DNA of 64,000 nt. Origin: Mycoplasmatales bacterium. GTDB lineage: Bacteria; Bacillota_I; Bacilli_A; CBDATW01. The notes beneath the pieces were generated by a model, which was not told the DNA's origin, searched no databases, and saw only the letters and a program-made list of their open reading frames with translations. Shown piece by piece: positions 1 through 10,498 of this stretch. The stretch covers positions 30,089 to 94,088 of the forward strand of contig CBDATW010000002.1 in assembly GCA_965200605.1 (NCBI GenBank). The letters run 5' to 3'. The position numbers and the translations under genes are program-made. How positions within the stretch are numbered: position 1 is the stretch's first letter; every line of letters starts with the position of its first letter.

Positions 1-201
1 ATATCTTTTTTAGCTGGCAGATGAGCTGCTAAAGAAGCTATTTTTAAAGCTTGAGATAAAGCGCCTAATGATTTTAGAAAAATTGAGATTTTTAATGATA
101 AAAATGGAAAGCCATATTTAAAAGATAAAAATAACATTTTAATTTCTATATCTCATGGTCAAGATTATGCAATTGCTTTTGCTATAAATGAGCTAAATTA
201 G
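1..201 (+). CDS. acpS: holo-[acyl-carrier-protein] synthase, C-terminal part (5' end outside window)
   Basis: Frame 1 is open from the window edge to TAG 199-201. Translation ISFLAGRWAAKEAIFKAW..ISISHGQDYAIAFAINELN is an AcpS C-terminus. Two in-frame TGA are read as Trp. Confidence 0.8.
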
Positions 202-238
202 CAGTTTTTGGAAAAAAAATTAATTAATTTTCTTTTTT

Positions 239-270
239 TTACAAGAAATTGCAAGTCTTGTAATTGTTTT
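239..270 (+). terminator. intrinsic terminator after acpS
   Basis: Inverted repeat TTACAAGA (239-246) / TCTTGTAA (256-263) followed by TTGTTTT. Confidence 0.5.
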
Positions 271-303
271 CAAATCCTCCAAAATAATAGTGGGAGAAAA
301 ATA

Positions 304-597
304 ATGTATGCCAAGATCACTTTAATTGGAACAATTCAAGAAATCGTTTTATCAAAAAAACAAAATGGCTGGATTAAAATTAAAATAACTAGACCATTTC
401 CAGATGATAATCATATTATTCATGTAGATTATATATGGACAAAAGTATGAAAAGAATATTTCAAAACTCTTAATGATTATTTATTTGATGGACAATTGCT
501 ATTAATTGAAGGAAGAATAGAATCTAAAGTAGAAGAAAAATTATTACAAAATTACGTATTTGCTGAAAGAATAGAAAAATTAACTCACAAAGATTAA
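304..597 (+). CDS. small OB-fold, SSB-like protein (hypothetical)
   Basis: ATG 304 is preceded by GGGAG. The TGA-joined ORF ends at TAA 595-597. MYAKITLIGTIQEIV..QLLLIEGRIESKV resembles an SSB OB-fold core without an acidic tail. The 208 start of the track ORF overlaps the acpS terminator. Confidence 0.45.
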
Positions 598-625
598 AAT
601 CTTATATAATTATCATAAGGCAGAT

Positions 626-1324
626 ATGAAAAAAATATTATTTTTTATTAAATTATTATGTTCTAACTTAAAATTAAAAATTATGACCTTTAGGGTTAGG
701 CAAAATCCTAAAAGGAAGGTTTATAGCCAAGAACAAATAAGCAATCAACTTGATATCTTTTTAAAATGCATTTTAGAAATTTCAGGATATAAATTTTCTA
801 TAACCGGTAAAGAAAAACTTAAAAATGCAAACAACATTGTTGTTATCTCAAACCACAAATCAAATCTTGATGCTGTGGCTATTCAATACTTTTTACCTTT
901 TTTACCAGGTTGATTTGGAAAAAAATCTCTATTTAACAAATGATCAATTAGCCATATTGCCTATTTGGCAAAGGCTTACCCTTTAGATAGGCAAGATCCT
1001 CGCCAATCATCTCTTCAATTTCTTAAAGCAAAAAAAGATTTTGAAAATGGGCGTAATCTCTTTATTTTCCCTGAGGGAACTCGGTCACAAAAAGAGAAAA
1101 TGGGTGATTTTAAACCACTTGTATTTAGATTTATTAAATCACTAAAGGCAGACATTATCCCAATAAAATTAGATTATAGATTAAATAAACTAAATGAAGA
1201 TGGCTCAAAAAATAATAATTTTAAACTTATTGTTTTAAACAAAATTAAATATGATGATTATAAAGATAAAGAAATTGAAAGGATTAGTAAGGAAATTCAT
1301 TCAATTATAAACAATGCAAAATAA
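626..1324 (+). CDS. plsC: 1-acyl-sn-glycerol-3-phosphate acyltransferase
   Basis: Track ORFs 626-913 and 965-1324 share one frame and join through TGA. Acyltransferase motifs NHKSNLD and FPEGTRS are present. Confidence 0.8.
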
Positions 1325-1357
1325 GGATTGTATCCTTATTTTTGTTATAATTTAGAT

Positions 1358-2083
1358 ATGGAATATAAATTTACAATTAATGATTTTGAAGGACCACTAG
1401 ATTTACTCCTACATTTAATTTCTAAAAAAGAAATTGATATTATCGATATTGATGTAAGTAAACTAGCAGATCAATATGTGGCATTTATCAAGGAACAGCA
1501 AGAACTTAGTTTGGAAATAGCCTCAGAGTTTTTAATAATGGCTAGTTATTTAATTGAATTAAAATCAAAAGCCATTATTCCCATTGAGGAAATAAATTTT
1601 GATAATGAATTTGAGCAATCAGAAAAGCACAAATTAATCCAAAGATTAATTGAATATAAGAAATTTAAAAAATCAACAGCTTTTTTTGAAGATCAAGCTA
1701 AAAAAAGAGATTTAATCTTTACCAAAAATCCAGAATCATTAACTCACTTAGAGATTCCTCTAGATAATCGGGGCTTTGAAAGCCATGTTGATACTCACTC
1801 TTTAACTAACGCTTTAAACAATATGCTTAAAAGATTATCTAAAGAAAAACCTCTTGATACATTTATTTCAGGTTCACCAATTAACCATGAACAGTTAGAA
1901 ATTGATATAATTAAAAGGATTAATAATGAAAAGAAATTTTCATTTATATCATTATTTTCAACCAGAAATGATAGGGCATATATTGTTTCAACAATAATTT
2001 GTGTTTTGGATTTAACAAAAAACAAAATTTTGAAATTAAGTCAAGATCAAGAATTTGGCGAAATAATAATTGAAAGGGCCTAG
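1358..2083 (+). CDS. scpA: segregation and condensation protein A
   Basis: ATG 1358. MEYKFTINDFEGPLDLLLHLISKKEIDI is a ScpA N-terminus. scpB follows directly. Confidence 0.85.
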   Translation: MEYKFTINDFEGPLDLLLHLISKKEIDIIDIDVSKLADQYVAFIKEQQELSLEIASEFLIMASYLIELKSKAIIPIEEINFDNEFEQSEKHKLIQRLIEYKKFKKSTAFFEDQAKKRDLIFTKNPESLTHLEIPLDNRGFESHVDTHSLTNALNNMLKRLSKEKPLDTFISGSPINHEQLEIDIIKRINNEKKFSFISLFSTRNDRAYIVSTIICVLDLTKNKILKLSQDQEFGEIIIERA

Positions 2084-2085
2084 TT

Positions 2086-2652
2086 ATGGAATTATTTAGA
2101 AAAATTGATGCAATCTTGTTTGTTTGCGGATCTGATGGAATATCTTTTGCAGATTTGCAAAAAACACTAAATATTGAATCAGAAGAACTAAAAACACTAC
2201 TAGAAAGTTATGAAAATAAGCTTAAAAATAGCAATTCTGCACTTCAACTAATATCTTTTGGCAATAAGTATAAACTTAGCACAAAAGAAGATTTAAACGA
2301 GACTTTATCAGCTTTGGTTGATAACAAGCCTAATAGATTATCACAATCAGCCCTTGAAACTTTATCAATTATTGCTTATAAAGGCCCAATTACTAGAATT
2401 GAAATTGAAGATATTAGGGGAGTTGATTCAACTACCATTATTGCCAAGTTAATGTCATTGGATTTAATAAAGGAAGCAGGAAGAGCCAAATCCACTGGTT
2501 CGCCAATTCTTTATAAAGTCTCTGATTATTTTATGGATTTCTTTAAGTTAAGTGATTTATCACAACTTCCTGAATTACCAGATTTGCAAAAGCATGATGT
2601 TAACGATGTCAACATTTATAAATCAAAATACCAAGAAGAAGAAAATGGATAA
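2086..2652 (+). CDS. scpB: segregation and condensation protein B
   Basis: IDAILFVCGSDGISFADL and LETLSIIAYKGPITRIEIEDIRGV are ScpB winged-helix motifs. The gene starts 2 nt after scpA. Confidence 0.85.
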   Translation: MELFRKIDAILFVCGSDGISFADLQKTLNIESEELKTLLESYENKLKNSNSALQLISFGNKYKLSTKEDLNETLSALVDNKPNRLSQSALETLSIIAYKGPITRIEIEDIRGVDSTTIIAKLMSLDLIKEAGRAKSTGSPILYKVSDYFMDFFKLSDLSQLPELPDLQKHDVNDVNIYKSKYQEEENG

Positions 2653-3349
2653 AATTCAAAAAGTTATTTCTCAAGCTGGATATTATTCAAGAAGAGAAGC
2701 AGAGGAGTTAATTAAAGAAAAGCGAATTAAAGTAAATAAAAAGTTGGCCCATATCGGCCAGCTTGTTTCACAAGATGACACTATTTATATTGATGATAAA
2801 AAAATCAAAAAAGAACAATCCTTTGTCTATTATCTTTTAAACAAACCAAAAGGTTGTGTTTCAACAACCAAAGACCCCCAAGGTAGAAAAACAGTGATAG
2901 ACCTTGTACCTAATAAACCAAAAGTTTATCCAGTAGGAAGGTTAGATTATAATACAACCGGAGCTTTACTTTTAACAAATGATGGCAATTTAACTCTAAA
3001 GTTAACTCATCCCAAATTTAAACATAAAAAGAAATATATCGCTATTTTTAAAAAAGAAATTAAAAAAAGCGATATTGAAAAACTAAAAAAAGGAATTAAA
3101 ATAAAATCAGGATATGTTACAGCTCCTGCTAAAGTTAAAGTAATTTCTTTTGATAAAGCCAAAAATGTCTCTAAAATTTCTCTAACTATTTCTGAGGGCA
3201 AAAAACATCAAGTTAAAATGATGTTAAAAGCTCTTGGATTTATGGTTGATAAACTCCATAGAGAACAATTTTCAATATTTACAGTAAAGAAAGTTTCTTC
3301 CGGTAAATATATCAAAATTGATCCAGAAGACATTAAACAATTAAAATAG
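2645..3349 (+). CDS. rluB: pseudouridine synthase, RsuA/RluB family with S4 domain
   Basis: ATG 2645. S4 domain MDKIQKVISQAGYYSRREAEELI is followed by the catalytic core GRLDYNTTGALLLTNDG. Overlaps scpB by 8 nt. Confidence 0.8.
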   Translation: MDKIQKVISQAGYYSRREAEELIKEKRIKVNKKLAHIGQLVSQDDTIYIDDKKIKKEQSFVYYLLNKPKGCVSTTKDPQGRKTVIDLVPNKPKVYPVGRLDYNTTGALLLTNDGNLTLKLTHPKFKHKKKYIAIFKKEIKKSDIEKLKKGIKIKSGYVTAPAKVKVISFDKAKNVSKISLTISEGKKHQVKMMLKALGFMVDKLHREQFSIFTVKKVSSGKYIKIDPEDIKQLK

Positions 3350-3375
3350 TATCTATTTTATGCTATTATCAAAGT

Positions 3376-4098
3376 ATGAAAAAACTAAATGATTACAAAA
3401 AAAAGTTAACAAAATCAGAAATTCAAGTTTTAAATTTTTGTAATAACAATATTGATAAATTACAAACTATGAATATTGCTTATGTTTCAAAAAAATCAAA
3501 AGTCGCTAAAACAACTGTTTTTAGAATGGCTAAAAAATTAGGATTTTCAGGATGAAAAGACTTTAAAGAATTTGCTATAAGCCAAAAAAAAGGGCAAACA
3601 ACTGAATATAAAAAATTTATATCTAAATACTTAAATAAAATTCAACTCCTTGCAGACATGGATAATGATAAAGAATTTAAAAAATTAGTTAAAATCATTG
3701 AAAAATCACAAACTATAGTATTTATAGGTGTTTCAAGGAATTATGACATTGCAAATTTAGTCGCTATGAATTTTCTAGTTAAAGGTTATAACTCCTATTC
3801 TTTTAGACCTCATAGAATTGAGAATAACAAATTAAGAAAATTAAATCATAATGACTTGGTAATTGTAATTTCTTATGGAGGAGAGACTAATTCTTTGAAT
3901 CAGTGTGTTAAACTGATAAACACAAAGACAAAATTAGCATCAATAACATCTGGTAACCACAATTGACTCTATAAAAGATCAGACATTAATTTAATAGTTC
4001 CTCATTTAACAGAAGATTTAAAATTCGAACCAATTACTCCTAAAATAATGTTTTTAATATTATTAAATATTCTTACAAATAAAGTAAAAAATAAATAA
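3376..4098 (+). CDS. RpiR-family transcriptional regulator (HTH + SIS domain)
   Basis: ATG 3376, two internal TGA, TAA 4096-4098. HTH is SKVAKTTVFRMAKKLGFSGW. SIS-like segments are IVFIGVSRNY and LVIVISYGGET. Sits directly upstream of the PTS operon. Confidence 0.75.
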
Positions 4099-4104
4099 TT
4101 TCCA

Positions 4105-4131
4105 AGTTCCTTTAAAAAAGGAACTTTTTTT
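4105..4131 (+). terminator. intrinsic terminator after rpiR-like gene
   Basis: AGTTCCTT / AAGGAACT stem followed by a T7 run. Confidence 0.65.
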
Positions 4132-4155
4132 CCATTAGTATTTTGTATTATGAAA

Positions 4156-4206
4156 ATGTATACATATATGTAAATGTTTCACATTTAATTACCAATATGT
4201 ATACAT
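4156..4206. promoter_or_regulatory. three palindromes in the PTS operon promoter region (candidate operators)
   Basis: The perfect 10-bp palindrome ATGTATACAT occurs twice (4156-4165 and 4197-4206). AAATGTttcACATTT (4172-4186) lies between the two copies. All sit 30-80 nt upstream of the EIIC start. Confidence 0.45.
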
Positions 4207-4235
4207 TATAAATAATTAAAAATAAGGAGAATTTT

Positions 4236-5516
4236 ATGAAATTCATGAAATGAATGGAAGACGTATTAATGCCAAAAATGGCTAAATTTGTTGCTCAAAA
4301 ACATATTTATGCCATTAGAACTGGTATTCTTGCATCTCTTCCATTAACTTTGGTTGGATCTCTATTCCTAGTTGTATTCTTTCTTCCCATTCCCGGATGA
4401 ACAGGTAAGGTTGTAGCAGCATTTGGATCAGGATCCATATTCCTTGCACCATTCTCGCTAACAATGGGAATTATAGGTGTCTTTATTACCATTTCTATTG
4501 CTCACCGTTTGGCTGAACAATACGAAGTAGATTATACAGGAGCTGGAAACATGGCCCTTGTAATATACATAATGTCACTAATGGCACCATCCATTAAAGA
4601 TGGCACAGCACAAGGGAAATTGATTCTAAGATCAATGGGGGCCACATCTATTTTTGGTGGTATTATTTGTGCTATATTTGCCGTGGAAATATTAAGAATT
4701 TGTATACAAAAAAACATTAGAATCAAAATGCCATCTGGTGTCCCTGATGCGATTGCAGATTCATTCAACGTAGTTGTGCCTCTCTTAATTGCAGTGATCC
4801 CAGCTTGATTACTAATTATTACAGGATTTGATATGCACTCAATAATTGCAACAGCGCTATCACCGCTTAAAAACTTTGTAGTTGGATCAAACTTCTTTGG
4901 GCTTATGCTTATCATATTTATGATATCATTCCTATGAAGTTTTGGTATTCATGGGGCCTCAATTATCTTGAGCCTTCTTGTTAATCCATTTTCTCTACAA
5001 GCTCTTACAGAAAATGCTAATGCTGCTGCAGCTGGTACTGAAATACCAAACATTGTCACAGGAACCTTCATTCACACATTCGTTATGGTTGGAGGTTCTG
5101 GTGCCACATTAGGACTGCTAATTGCGATGTTTATCTTTGGAGTAAAATCAGTGCAATTGAAACAAATTAGAAAAATTGCTATTTTGCCTGGACTTTTCCA
5201 AATTAATGAACCAGTTATTTTTGGATTCCCAATCGTTATGAACCCAATTATGATGATTCCATTTATGTTAGCTCCTATGGCTTCTGGAGCAATAGCATTC
5301 TTTGCTACAAAATTAGGTATGATTGGTAAGGTCTTTATAAAACCACCTTGAACAACACCATCTATCTTAAATGCCTTTTTTGCAACAACAGATTGAAAAG
5401 CAATGGTTGTTTCATTTATATGTATTGTAGCAACAGTTGCAATCTATGCACCATTTTTGAAAATTTATGACAAAATGCTAGTAAACCAAGAATTAGCTGG
5501 AAATAATAAAAAATAG
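4236..5516 (+). CDS. celB: PTS lactose/cellobiose-family EIIC permease
   Basis: AAGGAG RBS and ATG 4236. Track ORFs 4464-4808 and 4968-5351 join in one frame through TGA to TAG 5514-5516. Polytopic membrane protein with the LPGLFQINEPVIFG motif typical of EIIC(Lac/Cel). Confidence 0.85.
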
Positions 5517-6991
5517 TGGCTAAAAAATTAAAATTCCCTGATAATTTTCTATGAGGGGGAGCAACTGCCTCAGAACAAATAGAAGGCAAAGGCATTACTC
5601 AAAAGGGTGAAACCGTTTGAGATTTAATGTACAAGCACAATAAAGATATATTTTGAGATAATGTGGGCCCTCAAGTCACATCTGATTTTACAAGACACTA
5701 CAAGTCTGATATTAAGATGTGAAAAGAAATGGGTGCAAACTCAGTTAGGTTAGGCTTTTCATGAGCCAGAATTTTCCCTGAAGGAATGGATGGAGAAGTA
5801 AATCAAAATGCAGTTAAAATGTATCATGAAATTATTGATGAGTGCCTAAAAAATAGCATTAATCCCATAATGAACATTTATCACTTTGATATGCCGGCTT
5901 GAGCCGATGCCAAAGGCGGTTTTACATCGCTTGAAGTAGTTGATGATTTTGCAAAGTTTGCAAGATTCCTTTTCAATGAATATTGTTCAAAACTTGATTA
6001 CATCGTTACAATGAATGAACCGCAAATCCCAATAATGCGAGGTTATAATTCCGATATTTTTTGACCAATGAAACTCAATGATAATATTGGTTTTGCCAAA
6101 GCTTGGTTTGGCACAATCTTGTCACATGCCAAAGCAGTAAAAATCTTTAAAGAAGAGTTTTCCCACCTTAAAACAAAGATTGGATGCGTTTATGCTTTAT
6201 CAGATTCAATTATAAAAGATGGAATTAATTTTGATGCAGAAGATAAAGAGGCAACAGAAAACGGCGCCTTGGTTTATAACCATATGTGAGCATCACCAAT
6301 GACAAATGGGAAGATTCCCAAAAAAACTTGAGAAATTTTTAAGTTTTACAACATTGAAACAAATTTTTCAGAAGAAAATATTAAAATAATTAATGAAACT
6401 CAAATTGATTTTATAGGTGTTAATTACTATACACCAAAAAGATATCAAAAATCGCCAAAAACTCTTGAAGAAAGAAAAAAGATGCCATTAATTAAGGCTC
6501 TTGGAGAACCTTACAAATGACCTGAAGCTAGAGTCAATGTTTTTAGAGGTTGAGAAATCAGGCCTGAATCAATTTATGAAATTGCTATGTACATTAAAGA
6601 TGAACTTGGCAACTTACCATTTTATATTGGAGAAAATGGTATGGGCGTTGAAGACGAAGATCGCTTCAGAGGAGAAAATGGAGAAATTCAAGATGATTAT
6701 CGAATCGCCTTTCTAGAAGAGCATTTATCTTATTTACACAAAGCTATTCAAGAGGGTGCCAACTGTTTTGGATACCACATGTGAGCAATGATGGATAATT
6801 GATCTTGAAGAAACGCTTATAAAAACAGATATGGATTTATTGAAGTTGATCTAAAAGATCAATCAAGAAAATACAAAAAATCAGCTCATTGATTAAAAGA
6901 AACATCAAAAAACAATGGTTTTGTTGATGATGGTAAAAAAATCGAAGATTTTATGGATTTGCAAAATATAGAGTATAATAAGTCTGTATAA
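5516..6991 (+). CDS. bglA: 6-phospho-beta-glucosidase (glycoside hydrolase family 1)
   Basis: GH1 N-terminus FPDNFLWGGATASEQIEGK, acid/base motif TMNEP and nucleophile region YIGENGMG. Many TGA=Trp codons. The GTG 5516 start overlaps the EIIC stop and its exact position is uncertain. TAA 6989-6991. Confidence 0.85.
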
Positions 6992-7009
6992 TATGAAAGG
7001 AATAAAATC

Positions 7010-7312
7010 ATGAAAAAAGTATTATTAGTATGTATGGCTGGCATGTCTACTGCATTCCTTGTACAAGAAGTAAACAAACTAGCAAAACAGAGAAAAATGG
7101 GTCTAGTTTTTAATGAAGCTCCATTTGGTTCTTTCAAATCTAAAATGAAAGATGTATCGCTTGTTTGCGTTGCTCCTCAAATTAAATTCAATTTTGATCA
7201 AGTAAAAAAAGAAGCTGACAAAATAAATGTGCCAACATATCAAATCAAACAAAAAGAATATGTTCCTATATATGCAAATGATTTGCTAGATAATATAGAA
7301 AAACTATTGTAA
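7010..7312 (+). CDS. celA: PTS lactose/cellobiose-family EIIB
   Basis: 100 aa. MKKVLLVCMAGMSTAFLV contains the phosphocysteine CxxGxST loop. Confidence 0.85.
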   Translation: MKKVLLVCMAGMSTAFLVQEVNKLAKQRKMGLVFNEAPFGSFKSKMKDVSLVCVAPQIKFNFDQVKKEADKINVPTYQIKQKEYVPIYANDLLDNIEKLL

Positions 7313-7313
7313 T

Positions 7314-7784
7314 ATGTGAGGAAATCTTTATTTAATAATATTAGCTGGACTTAGTTATCTTTTCTTTGATAGGTATGTAAAAAAATCAAATATATTCAGA
7401 AATATAAATAGAATATTACTTTATATTACACCATTTATATATTTAACACTTTCATTATACATGGTTGTAAACTTCAATAAAGGTTTGGTTATAACTCAAA
7501 GATCTTTAGCAATTGTTTTTACTCCTTTTATTATTATGTGTGCACTGGCAATTACTGAAGGTAGGCAAAGATATGTTTTAAATAAAAACCAATATGTCCC
7601 AGATACTGGAGAGTATTTAAAAACAATGAAAGCTGATTTAAAAAACATTCCCAAATATAAAGAAATGTTAATTAGGCAAGGCTATGATATTTCAAAATGA
7701 TCAGATCAAAAAGTTTTTGATACAGCAAGAGAAATAGAGTATAACAAAATACTGAAAATCAAAAAGAAAAAGAAGAAGAAATAA
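7314..7784 (+). CDS. hypothetical membrane protein embedded in the PTS operon
   Basis: ATG 7314 lies 2 nt after EIIB. Two internal TGA. About three hydrophobic segments, then a soluble tail ending in KKKKKKK. The TAA shares its A with the EIIA ATG (TAATG at 7782-7786). Confidence 0.6.
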
Positions 7785-8101
7785 TGGATACATCATTAAA
7801 TAGGCAAGCAGAAATAGCATTTACTATTATTAATGCTTCTGCAACAGCAAAAGCCCTTGCTTTACAAGCAGTTGATTTAGCAAGAGAAAAAAAATTTGAT
7901 GAGGCTAAAAAACTTATTGTAGAAGCAAGAGAGTCAATTGGACCTGGAGCAAGTGCCCATGGCAAGTTGGTTCAATATGAAGCTGGTGGTAATCAATTTA
8001 CAGTTTCCTTACTTTTGATGCATGCTGAAGATCAAATGCTGACTACTGAAACAATCATAATTATGGCTGAACAACTAATTGACGTATATAAAAAATTGTA
8101 A
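7784..8101 (+). CDS. celC: PTS lactose/cellobiose-family EIIA
   Basis: 105 aa helical protein. IINASATAKALALQAVDLAREKKFDEA and LLLMHAEDQ (phosphohistidine region) are typical of EIIA(Lac/Cel). Confidence 0.85.
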   Translation: MDTSLNRQAEIAFTIINASATAKALALQAVDLAREKKFDEAKKLIVEARESIGPGASAHGKLVQYEAGGNQFTVSLLLMHAEDQMLTTETIIIMAEQLIDVYKKL

Positions 8102-8115
8102 AATTAATACATAAT

Positions 8116-8140
8116 TAACTAACATAAAGTTAGTTATTTT
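8116..8140 (+). terminator. intrinsic terminator after the PTS operon
   Basis: TAACTAAC / GTTAGTTA 8-bp stem with a 5-nt loop and a TTTT tail. Confidence 0.6.
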
Positions 8141-8177
8141 ATTCAATGGTATAATTAATAATTAAAAAGGAAATATA

Positions 8178-9395
8178 ATGATAAAAACAAATTTAAGAAA
8201 TAGCAATATTAGCACTAAAAAATTAGCAAGCTTAAAATCAAGAACCAAAAAGATCCATCAAAAAATTCATTCCGGAAAAGTTACTTTTACTGGATGAGTA
8301 GATTATCCAAAAAAACTAAATAAAAAGTTTTTAGAAGATCTTAAAAAGACAGCTATCCAAATTAAAAAACAATCAGATGTTTTGTTAGTTATTGGCATTG
8401 GTGGATCTTATATGGGTGGTAAAGCCGGGATTGATTCAATCAATTCAATGTTTACCAAAAGCAACACTGAAGTTATCTTTATTGGTTATTCACTTTCAGA
8501 AAAACATATTGCTAATCTTAAAAAATATTTAAAAGATAAAAGATTTTCAATTAATGTTATTTCCAAATCAGGAACAACACTTGAAACTTTAGCTACTTTT
8601 GAAGAGTTTAAAAAGCTCTTAGTTAAAAGCCAGCCCAACAATTGAGCTAAATACATTTTTGCAACCACAGATGCCAAAAATGGTAGATTAAAGTCAGAAT
8701 CAACTAAAAACAGTTATAAAACCTTTAATTTACCTGATTCAATTGGCGGTAGATACTCTGTATTAACACCGGTGGGGCTTTTACCTTTTGCTGTAGCTGG
8801 TTTAGATATCGATCAAATTGTAAAAGGGGCAAAAGCCGCTCACCAAGATTTATCTAAGCTAAATAATGATGCATATAAATATGCCCAGGCACGCTTTCTT
8901 TTATCTAAAAAATATTTTCTTGAACTACTTGTAACTTATTCACCTGATTTATTTAACTTGATGAATTGAGTTCAACAATTATATGGAGAATCAGAAGGGA
9001 AAAAAGGTAGGGGAGCTTTTCCATCTCCTTCACTATTTTCAAGAGATCTCCATTCAATTGGTCAATTTATTCAAGAGGGTAAACAAAATTTTTTTATCTC
9101 AACACTAAATGTTAAAGAAAAAGAAAAATCATTAAAATTTCAAAATTATAAAACATTTAATGAAATTAACAATATTATATTTAAATCATCAATTTTTGCT
9201 CATTACAAAGAAGCCAATATTAACAATATAGTCTTTGAAGTTGACGGATGAGATGAATCAAAATTAGGTTATTTCTTCTATTTCCATCAAAAGGCATGTG
9301 CCATGACTTCATATCTCCAAGGAGTCAATCCGTTTGACCAACCAGGTGTTGAAGTTTATAAAGCACATATGAAAAAGATGATTAATATAAAATAA
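8178..9395 (+). CDS. pgi: glucose-6-phosphate isomerase
   Basis: ATG 8178 after AAAGGAAA. Motifs [19 protein letters not shown] and [16 protein letters not shown]. Four TGA-joined segments share one frame. TAA 9393-9395. Confidence 0.9.
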
Positions 9396-9398
9396 TAT

Positions 9399-9671
9399 TT
9401 AAAATAACAAAAAAAGGCTTATGCCTTTTTTTCAGACATGAAGTTTGGTCTCACTAGTTAGTTTGCAAACAAATTTGCTTTTAATATAATCTAAACTAAA
9501 TGTTTGAATTAATGCATTGTTCTTTTCTACTTGGTAAAACTTACTAGTTAAAAACCAACAAGTTGCGTAGCCATGAACTTTACTTATTATTACTGGTCTA
9601 GCTCCATTTTTATTTAATTTTTTACATTTGTTGGGATCATAGTTTATCCTAGATATTTTTTCTCAGTTCAT
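9399..9671 (-). CDS. hypothetical 90-aa protein with MazF/PemK-like sequence pattern
   Basis: ATG 9671 to TAA 9399-9401, two TGA=Trp, checked codon by codon. MNWEKISRINYDPNKCKKLNKNGARPVIISKVHGYATCWFLTSKF... The DP..G..RPviiS....lTSK spacing resembles PemK/MazF. Missed by the track because TGA splits it. Confidence 0.4.
9411..9432. terminator. hairpin terminator between convergent pgi and a small ORF
   Basis: AAAAAGGC ttat GCCTTTTT is symmetric, with A/T runs on both sides. Confidence 0.6.
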
Positions 9672-9752
9672 AATATTTCCGCCTACAATATATATAGCCA
9701 AAAAACAAAATTTCTAATTTTTTTCAAAAAAAATAAAAAATACTGGTTTGTA

Positions 9753-10298
9753 TTAAATACTGTATTTTTCAGGGTGTTTTTCCATCATTTGTTTAATAAA
9801 TTCTTTTTTATCCATATCTTTGTATTTTTTATAAAGTTCTTTTGTTTCTTCTAGTTCTTTTTTTGCATAATCGGCATTTTCAAAGCCAGTAATTTCAATT
9901 TTTGAACCTTTATAATCTTTATAAGTTTTAAAGAAAGTTTCAATTTGATCTAAAATTGTTTTATCAACATCTTTGATATCTTTAATGTTTTTGTAATTGG
10001 GGTCATCATCAACAAAGGCAATTAATTTAGTATCAGTTTCGCCCTCATCAATCATCTTCATTGCTCCAACTATCCTTGCTTCAACAAGCGTTGTAGGAGT
10101 AATGGCTCCCTTAGCTATAACTAGGACATCAAGGGGATCACCATCTCAATCTAAAGTGTTATCAATAAAGCCATAGTTTTGGGGGTATGTAAAATCTCCA
10201 AAAAGCATGCGATCAACTTTTAGAACTCCTTTTTCCATTTCATATTTTACATTGCTATCTTTTGGGATTTCAATAATTGTTTCAACAATAAATGCCAT
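9753..10298 (-). CDS. ppa: inorganic pyrophosphatase (family I)
   Basis: ATG 10298. [59 protein letters not shown]. One internal TGA. 546 nt. Confidence 0.9.
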
Positions 10299-10321
10299 AC
10301 AAACTCTCCTTATTAATAAAA

Positions 10322-10350
10322 TTGTATCATATTTTTAAATGTGATAAAAT
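10322..10350 (+). promoter_or_regulatory. sigma-70-type promoter for the riboswitch-ribU transcript
   Basis: TTGTAT (10322-27), a 17-nt spacer, then extended -10 TGaTAAAAT (10342-50). Confidence 0.5.
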
Positions 10351-10356
10351 ATTATA

Positions 10357-10486
10357 GAAAATAAATATTGGGGGAGTCTTTAGACGACCGGTAGTGAAAG
10401 TCTACGAACATCACTCGATGTTGATTAGGTGTAATTCCTAAACCGACGGTGGAAGTCCGGATGGTAAATATTTAATATTTATTTTC
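10357..10486 (+). promoter_or_regulatory. FMN riboswitch (RFN element)
   Basis: The 3' half TTAGGTGTAATTCCTAAACCGACGGTGGAAGTCCGGATGG matches the conserved RFN core (GGTGaAAtTCC..GCCGACaGT..AGTCtGGATG). The 5' half contains GACCGGTAGTGAAAGTC. A closing 13-bp stem pairs GAAAATAAATATT (10357-69) with AATATTTATTTTC (10474-86). Confidence 0.8.
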
Positions 10487-10498
10487 AAAAGGACAGTT

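Noticed and set aside
208-303. Upstream part of track ORF 208-450 (TTG start, MEKKLINFLFF..).
   Set aside because: It overlaps the acpS terminator hairpin. The internal ATG 304 has a GGGAG RBS and begins the OB-fold-like sequence.
4151-4165. cre-like (CcpA) site TGAAAATGTATACA in the PTS promoter.
   Set aside because: The central CG of the cre consensus is missing, and the site is better explained as part of the ATGTATACAT palindrome pair.
4532-4915. 127-aa minus-strand ORF (and 4307-4492) opposite the PTS EIIC gene.
   Set aside because: It overlaps a well-supported permease gene in antisense and has no motif or RBS.
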